A stretch of 64,000 nt of DNA from contig CM120647.1 of assembly GCA_051362555.1 (NCBI GenBank), positions 3,534,001 to 3,598,000 on the forward strand, written 5' to 3'. Every line of letters begins with the position of its first letter. Within the stretch, counting starts at the first letter, position 1. Position numbers and translations under genes: made by a program. The notes below the pieces were generated by a model. The model saw only the letters and a program-made list of their open reading frames with translations, was not told where the DNA came from and searched no databases. Positions 50,208 through 62,949 of this stretch are shown here, one piece after another. This stretch comes from Lingula anatina (lineage: Eukaryota; Animalia; Brachiopoda).

Positions 50208-50706
50208 GTGAGTTTAAGAATACGCTGAATTTACATAGATACGTAGGACACCTGCAAGAAAAAGACGAGAGATGAGTTTGGGGGGGGGGGGGGGGGGATA
50301 GGCGACGGTCAAGCCATTGGACGAACAAAACATTATCCAAGGTCAAGCTGATGCAAGTTTTCTTATTGAATAATGCCTTATTGTTGCCATTGATGCTATA
50401 TGGCTTAGGAAGTACATAACTAAAAGTTGTGCCCAATTCCAGATTGAAATTACTAAATATATTTGATTATAGTCAGTTAATTAATTAATTTATTTATATT
50501 TGATGTTAATTTCTTAATTCAGAGTTTGTTTCCTCATTTATATTTTTATTGACTTGCCAAATAAATATGTGTCCGTTTTATTTTGTTTCAGGGTTTAAAA
50601 GATATAGTATATTCTAGCTCTGCAAGCTTGGAGCAGGCAACTCCGTTACCTGTTTAGTTCGTGACTGCTATCTTTAATATTCTGTTTGATGTCATACAGT
50701 CAAGCA

Positions 50707-50722
50707 ATGGCAGACAGTTCAG
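50707..50722 (+). CDS. First coding bases (MADSS.) of an unidentified plus-strand gene; exon 50592-50722, remainder not identified
   Basis: Acceptor TTTTGTTTCAG at 50591, Kozak-like GCAATGG, strong donor CAG|GTGAGT. Confidence 0.45.
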
Positions 50723-51225
50723 GTGAGTTGAGTACATAAGTAGTAATAGGGATGACTCCTTATCACCTTTCAAGTTTCAAAGCTAGGTATTATGATCTTA
50801 AATTGACTATTCAAGATAAACACCAATCTAAGTACAGTTCATGTTGAGTTTATAATATTAATAATAATAATAACATATATATATATATATATATATGTGG
50901 CACATCCAAACTATCCAGATTCATCCAGATATTTGGCTGTTGTATTTATGCACCCCTCACCCAACCACATTCTATGACCTAGCTAGCTACCATACCTATA
51001 ACTGCACACCTGATTTTATTTTTCTGGATTTTTATAAAAGGTCCACCTTCATCTCTGCTGTATCAAATTGTTAACTAGAACAGCATATCTACTTGTACTG
51101 TGTAACTGTGCATGAAGAAACGAATTTATATTGCCTTACAGTACTAGTAAATGGTCCTTATCTTCATCCAGAATAAAATGTTGCACTAGTTAACTCTAAG
51201 CTGTGTTTACATCAAGTTAAACTTA

Positions 51226-51588
51226 TAGGCCATTCACATTAGAACGTTAACCGCGGTCGAGTTTACTCCGATTAAACCGCGGTCAACCAAACCGCGTTCA
51301 CACTGACACCGGCAGCGATCAGTAGCCATAGAATCTCAGCATGCGCTCTTACTAGAATCTGTGAAACATGACGGGAGCTCAAATGACGATACACTTGTGC
51401 GCGTGGGCTTTATATGTAGACATCCGGTCATCCGGTCAGGAGTTTACTCCGATTATACCCACCTCCCGATCTGGGTTTATTTCGACCGCGGTCAGGGCTA
51501 CGTCGGCTGTCCACATTAAAAAAGTTAACCGTGATAGGACCGAGGTCAGGCCTTGACCGCGGTTAAAAGTGCTAGTGTGAATGGGGTA
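51226..51588. mobile_element. PIF/Harbinger MITE (363 bp)
   Basis: TIR TAGGCCATTCACATTAG..TTAACCGCGGTC / GACCGCGGTTAA..CTAGTGTGAATGGGGTA; TSD TTA on both sides. Confidence 0.85.
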
Positions 51589-52149
51589 TTAGTGAATAAA
51601 TGACAGTTTTGCAGTCTGTCCCAAAGACTTACCAATATTAGTATTTGGGCAAAAATGGTGTCTAAAATGGTGTTCTGTGAAAATGAAACATTTTTACTGG
51701 GACAGTGTCTTTTTAGATAGGCAGTTGCCTCAGGTATCACTTAATGACACAAGGCTAGATTTGGATAATTCAGAGGATGCAATTCTATTGCAATTGAGCA
51801 CCTGTTTTTAGTTTTTTGACTAGACGCAAGGTTTAAGTTAAGTCCTGTATGAATGCACCTAAAGTCAGCTTTCTACACCTTTAGTCAACTTGCATGTCAG
51901 GAAACATTAGGAAAGGTTGGACCCACTGTCCTTTCGAGTCCGTATCAATAACAGGTCTATAGCTGCATACTAGTAGTTTTTTTTCTCTAAATGATTTATA
52001 TTTTACGTAAACTATGATATTAAGATCATTAGAAGGGCCATATCATCTCAAAATCATTTGCTAAACAAAATCATCCTTTCAAGCTGTAAAATATTAAAGT
52101 TACATGGCTAGTATTATGTTCTGTAACACATAAATCACTAGTTTCTTAT

Positions 52150-53030
52150 ATATAATAATAATAATCTTTATGTGTACAAGTTACATTTTACAGGTTCTCT
52201 TCTCTAATCATAACAACTTTATCTCTACTCTAATCATAACAACTTTATAACAGCTATACAAATCTATACAAATACTAGTACTTATGGAATGATTACTGGG
52301 AAGCAGCACATGTACAGAATAAAACGACTATATAATTGCTATTGATGGGTGTATCGTTTTTTCAAACTTTCAGTTATATACAGATATAAGGCTCTCAAGC
52401 ATGATTCACATTTTGGACTGAGCAGCCACTGAAGTTTTTCCTGATCTGTTTTTTGCTCAGGAGGTATCATGAGTATACTTCTTCCGTCACTATGTTCTTC
52501 ACATTTCAGTAGAAAGTGGATTTCTGTTTCAATTTCATTACAGTGGGGACACTTACGATTTTGAGTAGGGGTTTTAGGAGAAGTATAGCGACCCTGTTCA
52601 ATTTCTAAGTTGTGGTCACTAATCCGCATTTTTGCAATAATCTTTATTTCTGATGGTGTGACTTTAATTAAGAGAGATTTTCCAGGGGTGTATATTATAT
52701 CTAAGTTTTTTAAAGTAATCTTTATGTCCTAAGTTTACTGTAGTCATCACTTTCCAGGTCTTTCTAAACTAGTTCCTCAATTTTATTGTTGATAGCATCT
52801 CTTAGGTTTTCAAAATTATCTGGTATTTGTGTATCAGTTTTATGACCCAGACCCCAACATAAATGTTGTTATTGATTCAGACCAACAGGGTTCTTTTTCT
52901 TTTTGATCCTGTTCATAAATGTTCTTGACCAATCTGTTGGAAGGCAGCTCTTTCAGTCTGTCTGTTTTGCAACATCAGAATAGATTGGAAATCTTCCAAA
53001 TTCAGCTCTACAACTCACATCGAGCCTACA
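52150..53030 (-). mobile_element. 5'-truncated, decayed non-LTR retrotransposon 3' end (RTE-X/CR1-group-like ORF2 C-terminal zinc finger)
   Basis: RISDHNLEIEQGRY...RKCPHCNEIETEIHFLLKC motif; (ATT)n-like tail at ~52150-52170. Confidence 0.8.
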
Positions 53031-53092
53031 TGCCAGAAAAAAAAAAACTACTAGTACTAATACACATTATTAAAAGGCAACCAAATGACTTA

Positions 53093-53320
53093 GACTGGGT
53101 TCCCACAGATTTCGATCGATCCATCTGGATCGACCTAACTCCCTTGGGGGGTTCACGCTAAATTGCTGTCAGCTTCCGGGAGCCTAGCATGCACAAAAAT
53201 TAATTACAGCTTTTAGTAGGCAGGACAGACATTTAAAGATGGTTAAGGCTTAAGCTGACAGCAATCTAGTGAGACTCCCCAGGGGGATAGATCGATCTAA
53301 ATATCTGTGGGAATAGTCTC
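53093..53320 (+). mobile_element. Tourist-like MITE, copy 2
   Basis: Family sequence as at 4911; TSD TTA/TTA. Confidence 0.85.
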
Positions 53321-54170
53321 TTAGTAATGCATTTGTATTAGTGCTGTGCATGGAATAGCATAATCATTGTAATGAGATTTGTTGCAAATGCCTGGGGTTA
53401 ATTATCACATAGCACAGAAAGAAATTTGAAAATTTATGTGCAAATATTTTATTACTATTGTTTTTTTTTTTGGGAGGGGGGGGGGGTTGCCATGATATGC
53501 TTTAAGTATTATTTAGTGTGAAAGATTTGAACATGTCAAATAGCTTTAGATGCACCATTAATCATGATGTATGATATTAATATGCAAAGGTGAGCACAAT
53601 GGTTGCTTCAGCCAGTAGGCTTTTTGTTGAAACAGATTTTAATGTTTCCTAATGCAATATTTTGTTATTATTGCTCAGGGTGTTATATACAAAAGTTCTG
53701 AAAATAGGCGCCCACCCACGATGCTTTATTGTTTTATTGCCTTAAAAAGTTAAAAGGATTAAAGGCCAGACACTTTTCACTGTGTACAAAGATAAACAGT
53801 TAAAGAATGCCCACAATAAATTTGGAAAAAGAAAGATGTGCCAACTTATAGATAATTGCGATTGTATTTTATCGAAATACCAAAATGAATGGCCCTGTCG
53901 TTTGACCCTTTAAACCAATTACAGCAATGGAAAGGGGGTCAGATGACCTTCCCACCAAGTCTTCCAATGTTAACAAAGAAGCATGACTGACTCTAATGGA
54001 GATTCTGAGGAAGAAGTGGAATCTTCGCCTACTTCACATCTTTTTTGTTGTACGCAGTAGAAGGTTGCTTAGAGACTGTTTACTGGGAAACTTTTAGAAT
54101 CGCAGCTAAACAATGGCGGAAATTTGGTGACAGAGAAGCCGCTGCTGTTCAGTTGATCCGTGCAGATTTA

Positions 54171-54384
54171 GACCCCATTCCCACAGATTTTAGATCGATC
54201 TATCCCTGTGGGGAGTCTCACTAGATTACTGTCAGCTTAGCCAGCTTAAGCATCTGTCCCGCCTACTAAAAACTGTAAGGGGGTAATTAACTTCCTAGGC
54301 GCTCGGCTGACATCAATTTAGTGTGAACCCCCAGGGAGTTAGGCCGATCTAGATGGATTGATCTAAATCTATGGGAATGCAGTC
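54171..54384 (-). mobile_element. Tourist-like MITE, copy 3, inserted in exon 1 of the Academ-like ORF
   Basis: Family sequence in reverse orientation; flanked by TTA/TAA. Confidence 0.85.
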
Positions 54385-55945
54385 TAAGACAAAGGATCCG
54401 ACGATATGGAACCCAAACCATGATACCACTATTCATGCTACAGAAAGCTAACAAACAAGAAAAGGCTATATCTGGTCGCAAAGAAATATGAGAAAGCTGA
54501 GAAACAAGGCAGACCTGCTGAAGAAGGTAATTAACTCAGCATATTGCAATGTGTCTTTAAATGAGCCCTGATCGTGTGATGTTTACATTGTACTTGTCTG
54601 ATGTTACATAATAATAGTAAATAAAGGGTGAGTGATAAAAAGGATTTGAAGAAAGAAAATGATTAAAACATTTATTAATATTTTATTTGTTAATGGTTAT
54701 AGGGGATTTAAGATTTGAAGCAACTTTATTCTCTGTTGAATAAGATAGTAACGATAGTTACTACCCCTACTGAATATCGACAGTATGATGCACTTTTGGT
54801 TTGGGGGGGGGGGGGGGGGGGGGGGGCTGCCCTATTGTTTGGTAGTGTTATTGGACTCAAAAATGTGTAAACGCCAAAAAAGTTGGCCTGTGGATTAGAA
54901 ATGGATGTAAGGTTCATGTAAAACCGGCGGATCTCAAAAATAAAATTATTCTGCACCCCCCCCCTCCCAAAACTCCCAAAACTGAGTGTTGCATTTCTTT
55001 TTTCCTTGAGTGTACATGTAGTTCAGTTAAGAGAAGAGATACTTTTATTCAAGGCATTTTATATAAACCTGAGCAGCAGAGTGCTAGTTGGCTCCTTATT
55101 ACATATTAGATCTATAAGCTTGATTAATTTGTCTTTGTTGTAACAAGTATTAAACAGTGGGTCTCATTTGCCTGAAGTTTGTCATAGCCGAGTTCCTTAT
55201 AAAACATGCTGGGCCTCTGTTATGTTGAAAGTTATACCTACCCTATGCCCTTTCATTGAATCATGAGGATATATGTAATTAGTTGTTCATATCACTTAGT
55301 GTCAATCTTGTGATATATAAACTCACATGCTACGTGACTCTGGTTGTTGTCTTATATAAGTATTTATAGTTAAATCATAGTGATGGTATATATTGTTACA
55401 ATTGCACTTGCATCAATCAAGAAATACAAAATACTTGTAAATTTGTGGTCTGCTGTGTATTTGCTGAAACATTTGTGTATCCAGGTGATTTTGTTTGATA
55501 TTCGTATAACTATTCACTGCTGTCTTTTTATTTGCACAAGGCAACTGTTTTTATAACTGAATTTTGAGCACATTGCTGTTTTTACATATCTTTGTAAAAG
55601 ACCTGCTTGGATAAAGTTGTTTCTATAGTAGTCAGTATCTGTCACATTATAATGAACTTGTATGTACGGGATGAAAATGTAAAATTTCATTTTGCTTGTT
55701 TTACAGATCCATCTACCAGTAGTACAACTCGTCCCAAAATACAAGGTCCATCTCCGAAGATGTTGAGATCAGTCTCAGGGCTTGGCATGTCAAAGTCACC
55801 AGTGCTGCCGCCCATCTGCATTATTTGTAAAAAGAAGGATAGATACATCAAGGTACGAGGGAAGAGAGAAAGGGACAGGTTATCCTGTGCAGAAACTCTT
55901 GATGGTGGTAAGCTAATATTTCTTTGGTCACATTTCATTAATTTA

Positions 55946-56160
55946 GGCTCTATTCCCATAGATTTTAGATCGATCTATCCCCGCGGGGAGTCTCACTAGA
56001 TTACTTTCAGATAATCCGACTTAAATGTCCGTCCCGCCTACTACAAGCTGTAAGAGGGTAATTAACTTTCGTGTCCGCCCGGCTGACAGCTATTTAGCAT
56101 GAACCCCCAGGGAGTTAGGTCGATCTAAAGTAGGTCGATCTAATCTATGGAAATGGGGTG
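55946..56160 (-). mobile_element. Tourist-like MITE, copy 4
   Basis: Family sequence in reverse orientation; TSD TTA/TTA. Confidence 0.85.
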
Positions 56161-58097
56161 TTAGATTATATTAGTGGAAATGGTTATGACTGGCTGGAAT
56201 ATCACTTTGTTACATTTCTGAATCAAATACTGATTTTAGTGAATTTATTATTGATTGTGGTAGTTACACTGGTTATGAAATACATCAGGTAAAAAAAAAA
56301 TTGTTAATGTTCTGTTTTGCAGGCTCTTTAAGGAAAACAGCAGAGAGAAAAAAAGATGAAAGCATCTTGATGCATATAAGGGATAAAGATTGTGCGGCTA
56401 TTGGGGTCCGGTACCACCACTCGTGTTATAAAGAATATACTCGTCCTGTAAAGCAGGACACGGCAGAAACAGCCACTGTGTATGTATGAATTACTTTTTT
56501 TTCTGAATTTTTCATTTAAACATTGAACAGCTCAGAGTTGAGTGCAAGTAAACCTGGGCATTTGTTTATTCTGAAAATAATTTAGGAATATAAAGGTTGG
56601 AATTCCTTTAAAACCCTATTTGCTTGATTTCATATGAAAAAGAAATGTGCTTTTAGAAAGTTAAAACTTTTATAATGACACTGTTACATATTTTTTTATA
56701 TTTTCAGAGAAAGACATCCATACACAAAGTCATATCAGCACTTTTGCAAAGAAGTTGTGCAAAAAAGAATTATTGAAGGTCAGGCGGTGCTAAGGATGAC
56801 GCAACTGCTACATTATTTCAAGAATTATGTCATGAAATTTGAGTCTGTAGATGCATCCGACTACAGGTAAGTCGGATATCACCACAATTTAAGTTAACTT
56901 AAGTTGGCTTATGATTCACTAGGGAGTTTTTATGGTTTTATATTAATTCAGTAGGTATTCTATTAGCCTATATGTTAGTAAATATCACAAGAGTATGATA
57001 GATATTCGTTTTGTTATGGAAGTCAACTGAGCATAAATGCAGACTGTTTGGTATTAGATTTAGGTATTTTACTTTCCATCTTTCTGTAAAGTTAATTTCT
57101 TTTGTAATTTCAGAAGTAGCCAGTTAAAATCTCGTCTCATGACCAACTTTCCTCAGCTTACATTCCACACATTATCATCAAAGTCCAGTAGTACTTTGGT
57201 ATACCTAGGACCCCTTGAAGCTGGTAATATAGAAGAGAGATTAGAAAGTTTATTTGAAGGGATGACATCATCAGAAACTGACGCAGCCTCCACAGAGAGG
57301 AAACACCCACAACATCTGAATGGAGAAAACCTGAAAACTGTGTATTACGCAGGCCTTGAAGTAAAGTGGACGACGCAGGACCCAGCCCCTGAAAGTGTTT
57401 TCCTATCCGTTAGTTGCAAATGTTCAGCTTCTAAATGTGCTTCCAAAAGCTGTTCATGTCGTGCATATAAATTGTCATGCACTGATGTTTGTGGTTGCAA
57501 TTATTGCACTAACAAATCTGGATCAGAAGATGAAGATGGCATTGACGCTGATAAACATTTGTAAATAATGTGAACTAGTAACACAGAAAGTTATATTTTC
57601 CTTGTGCCATTATAGTAAAAGTGGTAACCCACTTTCTGTTGCTTTGATTGGTTTGAAGGGTCGGCATTATGATACTTCAACATAATGCAATCACGATTAT
57701 CTATATATGTTGGCCTATCTTTCGTTTTCCGAATTCATTGTGGGCATTCCCTAACTGTTTATCTTCGTGCACAGTGAAAAGTGTCTGGCCCTGTGATTCT
57801 TTTAAGGAAAGAGTTTTTCTAAACACTTTTCCCCCATCAGATGGGCACCTTAAAGTAGTGACTAAGATGATGAAGTTTTGAAAAAATATTATTGAAAAAA
57901 ATATATTGTTATACATGTAGTTGAGGTGTTTGACATAAGTGAGAATTGCATATTTTTAAGATATATGTGCAAACATCACTGCTAGGATTGTCTGATGAAA
58001 AGATGTGGTCAGGTGATATGTGCATTGTGGAGTAAAAAATAAAAAAATGGTTATAAATGGTAATTTAACCCTTTGTAACGCATAAAAAATTTCTGAT

Positions 58098-58251
58098 CAG
58101 GGTCCCGTAACTCAAAGGCATCGTGTATTGTGAATAACAATATCACATAGAAGCTAAAGTGTATTGTGTGGGGCGAGTATGGGCGAGTTGTGGAATAGAG
58201 ACGCTTGTGCTCGGTTGCAATTGTGCAATGCTGTCAAGTTAGGGGACCCCG
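58098..58251. mobile_element. Harbinger-like MITE (CAGGGTCCCGTAACT...AGTTAGGGGACCCCG); related fragment at ~1877-1930
   Basis: Inverted termini; shared CAGGG.CCCGTAACTC.AA.GCATC with 1877. Confidence 0.55.
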
Positions 58252-58259
58252 GTATCTTA

Positions 58260-58473
58260 GACCCCATTCCCAGAGATTAGATCGATCCAACTAGATCGAC
58301 CTAACTCCCTGGGGGTTCACGCTAAATAGCTGTCAGCCGAGCGGGCACGAAAGTTAATTACCCCCTTACAGCTTGTAGTAAGCGGGGCAGACATTTAAGC
58401 CGGATTATCTGACAGTAATCTAGTGAGACTCCCCACGGGGATAGATTGATCTAAAATCTATGGGAATGGGCCC
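58260..58473 (+). mobile_element. Tourist-like MITE, copy 5
   Basis: Family sequence; TSD TTA/TTA. Confidence 0.85.
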
Positions 58474-61119
58474 TTAGAATATGTGCATAAAGGATTCTTT
58501 GTATGATAATTGCATGAGTTTTTGGTTGTGCAGTGAAATTTTGGCAGAACTCCAGTGCATTATTGGTCATAAGGTTATGTGTTATTTTCAAACACTGTCT
58601 CTTTTTCCTGGTCAGCAGTGTTAAGTTGTTGGTCATGTCACAACCAGTATTCTACCATACAGAGATGAACTGTGGTAGAGGAGAGGTTTTCAGAACAATA
58701 TCACACCTAACACACTGTTCTCTATCTCCTTTGGGCTCTTGAACAGATTTTAACAGATTGGTGACAAATGGTGCTTCTGTGTTTTTTTTAAGGCTGTTAT
58801 TTATGGAACTGATTTAATAAGATTATTTTTTTACTTTCTTTCTGTGGATTGAAAAACATACAAGCCAGGGTGATTTTTATGCACTTTAAATTAGTTGAAT
58901 TGCCTTCTGATATATCCAGATAGTTACAATTAATAAACAAAGAGACAAATTCTTAGATATGTATAAATAATATTATATTCACTAAGTGGAGACAAAATAT
59001 AAATGAAGACGGTAGTATGTCCATTCAACAAAATATTGAATTCTACTCTAAACAAAAAAAGTTTTTAAAAACTTAGATAAAAGAATCAGAAATTCACCTG
59101 TAACAAAAAAGATCAAAAAATTATTGTTTTTAGTTTGAACTTAAAATATTTTTACTTGCTGTCTATTAAAATTTCTACAAGCAAAGATCAAAAAAGAAAG
59201 TGATGAAAGCTGAGGGGGAGGGGAGGTACATGTGGCTCAAACCCCCCATAACAAAAATTTTGTTCTCAAGTTAAGGTTTTATTTCCCACTTATTAAAATT
59301 CACTTCTCCCTGCAAAAGGTTAAAAAATAAGCTGATGAAAGCTGAAGGTACTCCATCCCCCTCCCCCTGCATTTAAAGTGGCCATCTTTTGCCAGGTCCC
59401 TTTTGTGATATATATCCAGGGCAGAAGTGAAAAGTGACCCTTTTGTTGGTGACCAAGAATCCCGTACACAAACATGCCATAATGTCCTATTGTAAATGAT
59501 TTGGGATAACAATCTACAAACTGTAGATCACATTCCATATAGACTGTCTGGAGTTTTAATAGATTTAAGTTGAGATTTCTACTATATAATACAATATTAC
59601 TACTGCATTTGAAAGTGCACTATGCCAGTTTCAGGGCACTTGTCAAATTAAGTCTGAAAGTTATATAATCTGAGTTTGTGTATTCTAGGACTGTTATGTA
59701 ATGAGGTTTGCATGTATTGGATTGAGCGGGAAGTGGGCCAGTACAGGGTCCTCGCAGTTTTATTGATTGAGGACACACTAACTGATGACTATACTAGGCA
59801 TGCGGCTGAATTAGGGAGACATTTTTGTGGCAGAAGTTCATTCAAAGGAGGTGGAGATTTAAAGCAGATTTGCTTGAAGAAATACTATAATTTATATAGA
59901 AGAATTCCTTGTGTGACATGATTTCATGACAACTTTAAAAAGTCACAGACTCACTTTGTATTGTCTTTTGGAAGGGTTGGCTGCATGAGCTTGAGTTGGT
60001 TCACCTTAGATGTGAGGACAAACACATTAATTGCGGAGAAAATTCACCCGGAAGATAGCTTAGTCATCGCCTGGTGCATTTATCATTATATGTTGTTGTC
60101 TACACATCTGTTGCCAAAATTTCATCAAGAGAGATTTTGAGAACGAAAACTGATTGATACCAAAAAATTCAGATTCTGAGACCACTATGGTGAAAATCAT
60201 ATGGAAATACATGTAGCTTAAATTGTCTAAATTCCTTTGTTGGAAAATACCCTATTATATTTTCTCGAAGCGGAAAATTCCATATCAGGAATATCTGTCA
60301 GAAAAGCCCGCCTCCCGGCTGTAATTATTTATGGTAGCTGTCAGCGGAGTGCATAGACCAGTCAACATTTTATGGTTATTTAATATGAGTGCACAGATCC
60401 GGCTTGCCTCTCATTGCTAGTATTTTGGTCACTTATATTTACCATGAAGAGGTTTGAGATAGGGGACTGTTTCTTTCCTCTCTCCAGGAAAGATGGACTT
60501 GAAGATGATGGTAAGTGTGTTTGTTATTGATATGTGGGTCATGTTAACACCTTGGTTATATGGTGACTTGCAATGATATGCTTTCAGTCTCTTGGGCTGA
60601 TTGATGTATTTATACTAAGTGGATGGTGTAAAGGATGGTGTAAAACTATGATACCAGGGTGCTAGGTACTTAAACGCTGAGAAAAAAATATTTTTTAATT
60701 CCATTTTGTTGATTATTTTGGTGGAAGTCCCCAATGATATGAGATTCCAAGCTCTTAAAACTTATTCAGTAATGACTGAACCTTGTCAAAATTATCAGTG
60801 ATTAGGGTACATAATTATAAAGATTTATATTCCTGTTAAGCATATTTGTGGGATTTTTATTGCATAGAATACAGTAGTACTTATATACAGTAGCCTGTTT
60901 GTTTATTTTTGTTTCCTCCACTCAAGATTGTTTTGTGAAATTATGACCTTTAAATAAGACAATGTCTGTAAAATTCACAATTTTCACCTTTGAAAAGATC
61001 AAGTCAGTATCATATATCCTTACCATATAACTCAAACTGTATATGGAATTTTAAACAAACATTAGTTATGCCCTGGGGAATTTTTTTTGAAAATTGTTAA
61101 ATTGCATGACCAAGGTAGA

Positions 61120-61500
61120 ATTGATTAACCTGCTTTTTGGTCAACATGGACAGCACTGAGAAAGATGACATGTTTTAATAGCTTAAGATGCCATCATTCT
61201 TAGGGAAACTGCTGTTGTTATATAGTTCTTGACAGCTGAAATCCAAAAAGAAAAAAAAGAAAAAGAAGAAAAAAAAACAGTCTATTCTGGAATTAGGGCA
61301 TTTCATATGACTTAAGTTTAATGATGTTCATTTTCCTTAACCTGCTTTGTTGCCAACATGGACAGCATTGAGAAATATGACACTTTAATAACTTAAAATG
61401 CTGTCAGTCTTAAAGCAATCCTGCTGTTGTTATATAGGTCTTGACAGCTGAAATCTGAAAAAATAAAAATGGTCCATACTGGAATTAGGACATGTATTCC
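61120..61500. repeat. ~213-bp tandem duplication
   Basis: TTAACCTGCTTT..CAACATGGACAGCA.TGAGAAA...TTGACAGCTGAAATC...CTGGAATTAGG at ~61125 and ~61338. Confidence 0.75.
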
Positions 61501-61630
61501 AAATGGCTATAATGATGTGCACTTTAGATGAAATGGAGTGATAAAGTTCTAGTAAATAGCTGGTCCAGATATAAAACAACCTAGAAAGTTCATCTGGTAT
61601 GATATATATGTATATATATATATATATATA

Positions 61631-61675
61631 TCATCATCATCATCATTGCTCTTCGTCCCGCGTGGGACATAAGGC

Positions 61676-61680
<5 letters not shown>
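61631..61680 (-). mobile_element. RTE-type LINE/SINE 3' stub inside a (TA)n tract
   Basis: GGCCTTATGTCCCACGCGGGACGAAGAG hairpin followed by a (GAT)n tail. Confidence 0.6.
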
Positions 61681-61734
<54 letters not shown>

Positions 61735-62949
61735 GTTCATGTTAAAACATATTTCACTGTTATGATATGTGCTATAGGTTGACTATTGGCAATAATGTCT
61801 GGTGTAACTTTTAACCCAGAAATGTGCCAGTGCTTGTTTATTCATGATCATCAGAATGGTTTATTTGATCTACAGGACAGGCAAGACACCTGACATATCA
61901 GTGTAGGCTCTAGAAGTTGACTAGAGTCACAGTTGACTTAACCAGGACAAGGTCCATTAGTTTAGAATATGTTACTTTGACATTTTTATGTTATGAAACA
62001 CTGCATTAAAATTTTTCGCATCATTGCTATTTCTCATAACATGACATAAAATAAAAAAAATCTGAGAAGCAAATTGTATCAGGCACTTTGTTTATAATTG
62101 CAAAATGATAAATATTGAAAAAAAAGTAATAACATTGGTATATATTATTTGAGGTATTCAGAGGTTCCCCATGAGTTTTGTTTATTAAAAAAAAATTTGA
62201 ACATCATACACTATTACAGGTAAAAAAAAAAAATCAGCCACTTTCGTGACTCACAACATTTGTACCTACTGTCATAAATAATATGCCATCTTTGCACTTG
62301 TACATTTCCATGAAATGTTTTGATGCTGGGGTAGAGCTAGCAATTTTTCACTCAGCTTAATCACTGCCTTTTACTCCAGATGGTTTAAATATGACTAAAA
62401 CATGGCCATTACGTGGTATTTGGTCTGCAGACCTTAAAATTTCAAAATAAATAAATAAGTAGAATATTTAATAATAATAATACTTACAAAACTTATTAAT
62501 TTTGAAACTAGACATCACTAGACACCAGAATCCAAAAGAAATTGTAGGTTTTGATGATTAATTGTGACTTTATTCACACTTTTATCTGGAATAATGGGTT
62601 TAATATTGTAATGTCCTTCCAAAACAGTTTATTAATTTTGATTTAATAACCCTCTGAAATGTTATTAGTCAAAATTTTTATATGTTGTTGACACACATCA
62701 TGTTTGAGGAGAATATGAAGTAAAAAGTTTTTATCTTTCGTAATTACTGAGAAAACTTCAAACAACAGGTACCAAAATTATCTGTGAGGGACATATATGC
62801 CACAGTATTAGCTAAAATCTACTAAGAAATGACACCTAAGAGAAAGCAGGTGTTTAATGAACAAGCTGACTCCCCAAATTATGCAAATAAATACATAATT
62901 ATTAAACATAGCAAATAATTTTACTTTTCAAATATATTGAGTTTATTAA

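Larger units (their letters stand above)
53705..57851 (+). mobile_element. Internally deleted Academ-like DNA transposon with an intron-containing ORF remnant
   Basis: ~170-bp imperfect TIRs (TAGGCGCCC...GGCCAGACACTTTTCACTGTG / CACAGTGAAAAGTGTCTGGCC...GGGCACCTT) with possible AAA TSD. Spliced ORF pieces: YHYSCYRKLTN, CIICKK..RYHHSCYKEYT, KRIIEGQAVLRM, LKSRL, and a C-terminal Cys-rich CXC-type finger PAPE..CKCSASKCASKSCSC..LSCTDVCGC..CTN. Exon 1 has stops and a MITE insertion. Confidence 0.7.

Noticed and set aside
50592-50722. Assignment of the head-to-head gene as MRPL18 (the vertebrate neighbour of TCP1)
   Set aside because: Only five codons are visible and MADSS does not look like a mitochondrial targeting peptide; synteny alone is insufficient.
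59689-59921. Candidate second coding exon of the plus-strand MADSS gene
   Set aside because: It is phase-compatible after a TTCTAG acceptor, but the peptide resembles nothing I recognise and the acceptor is weak.
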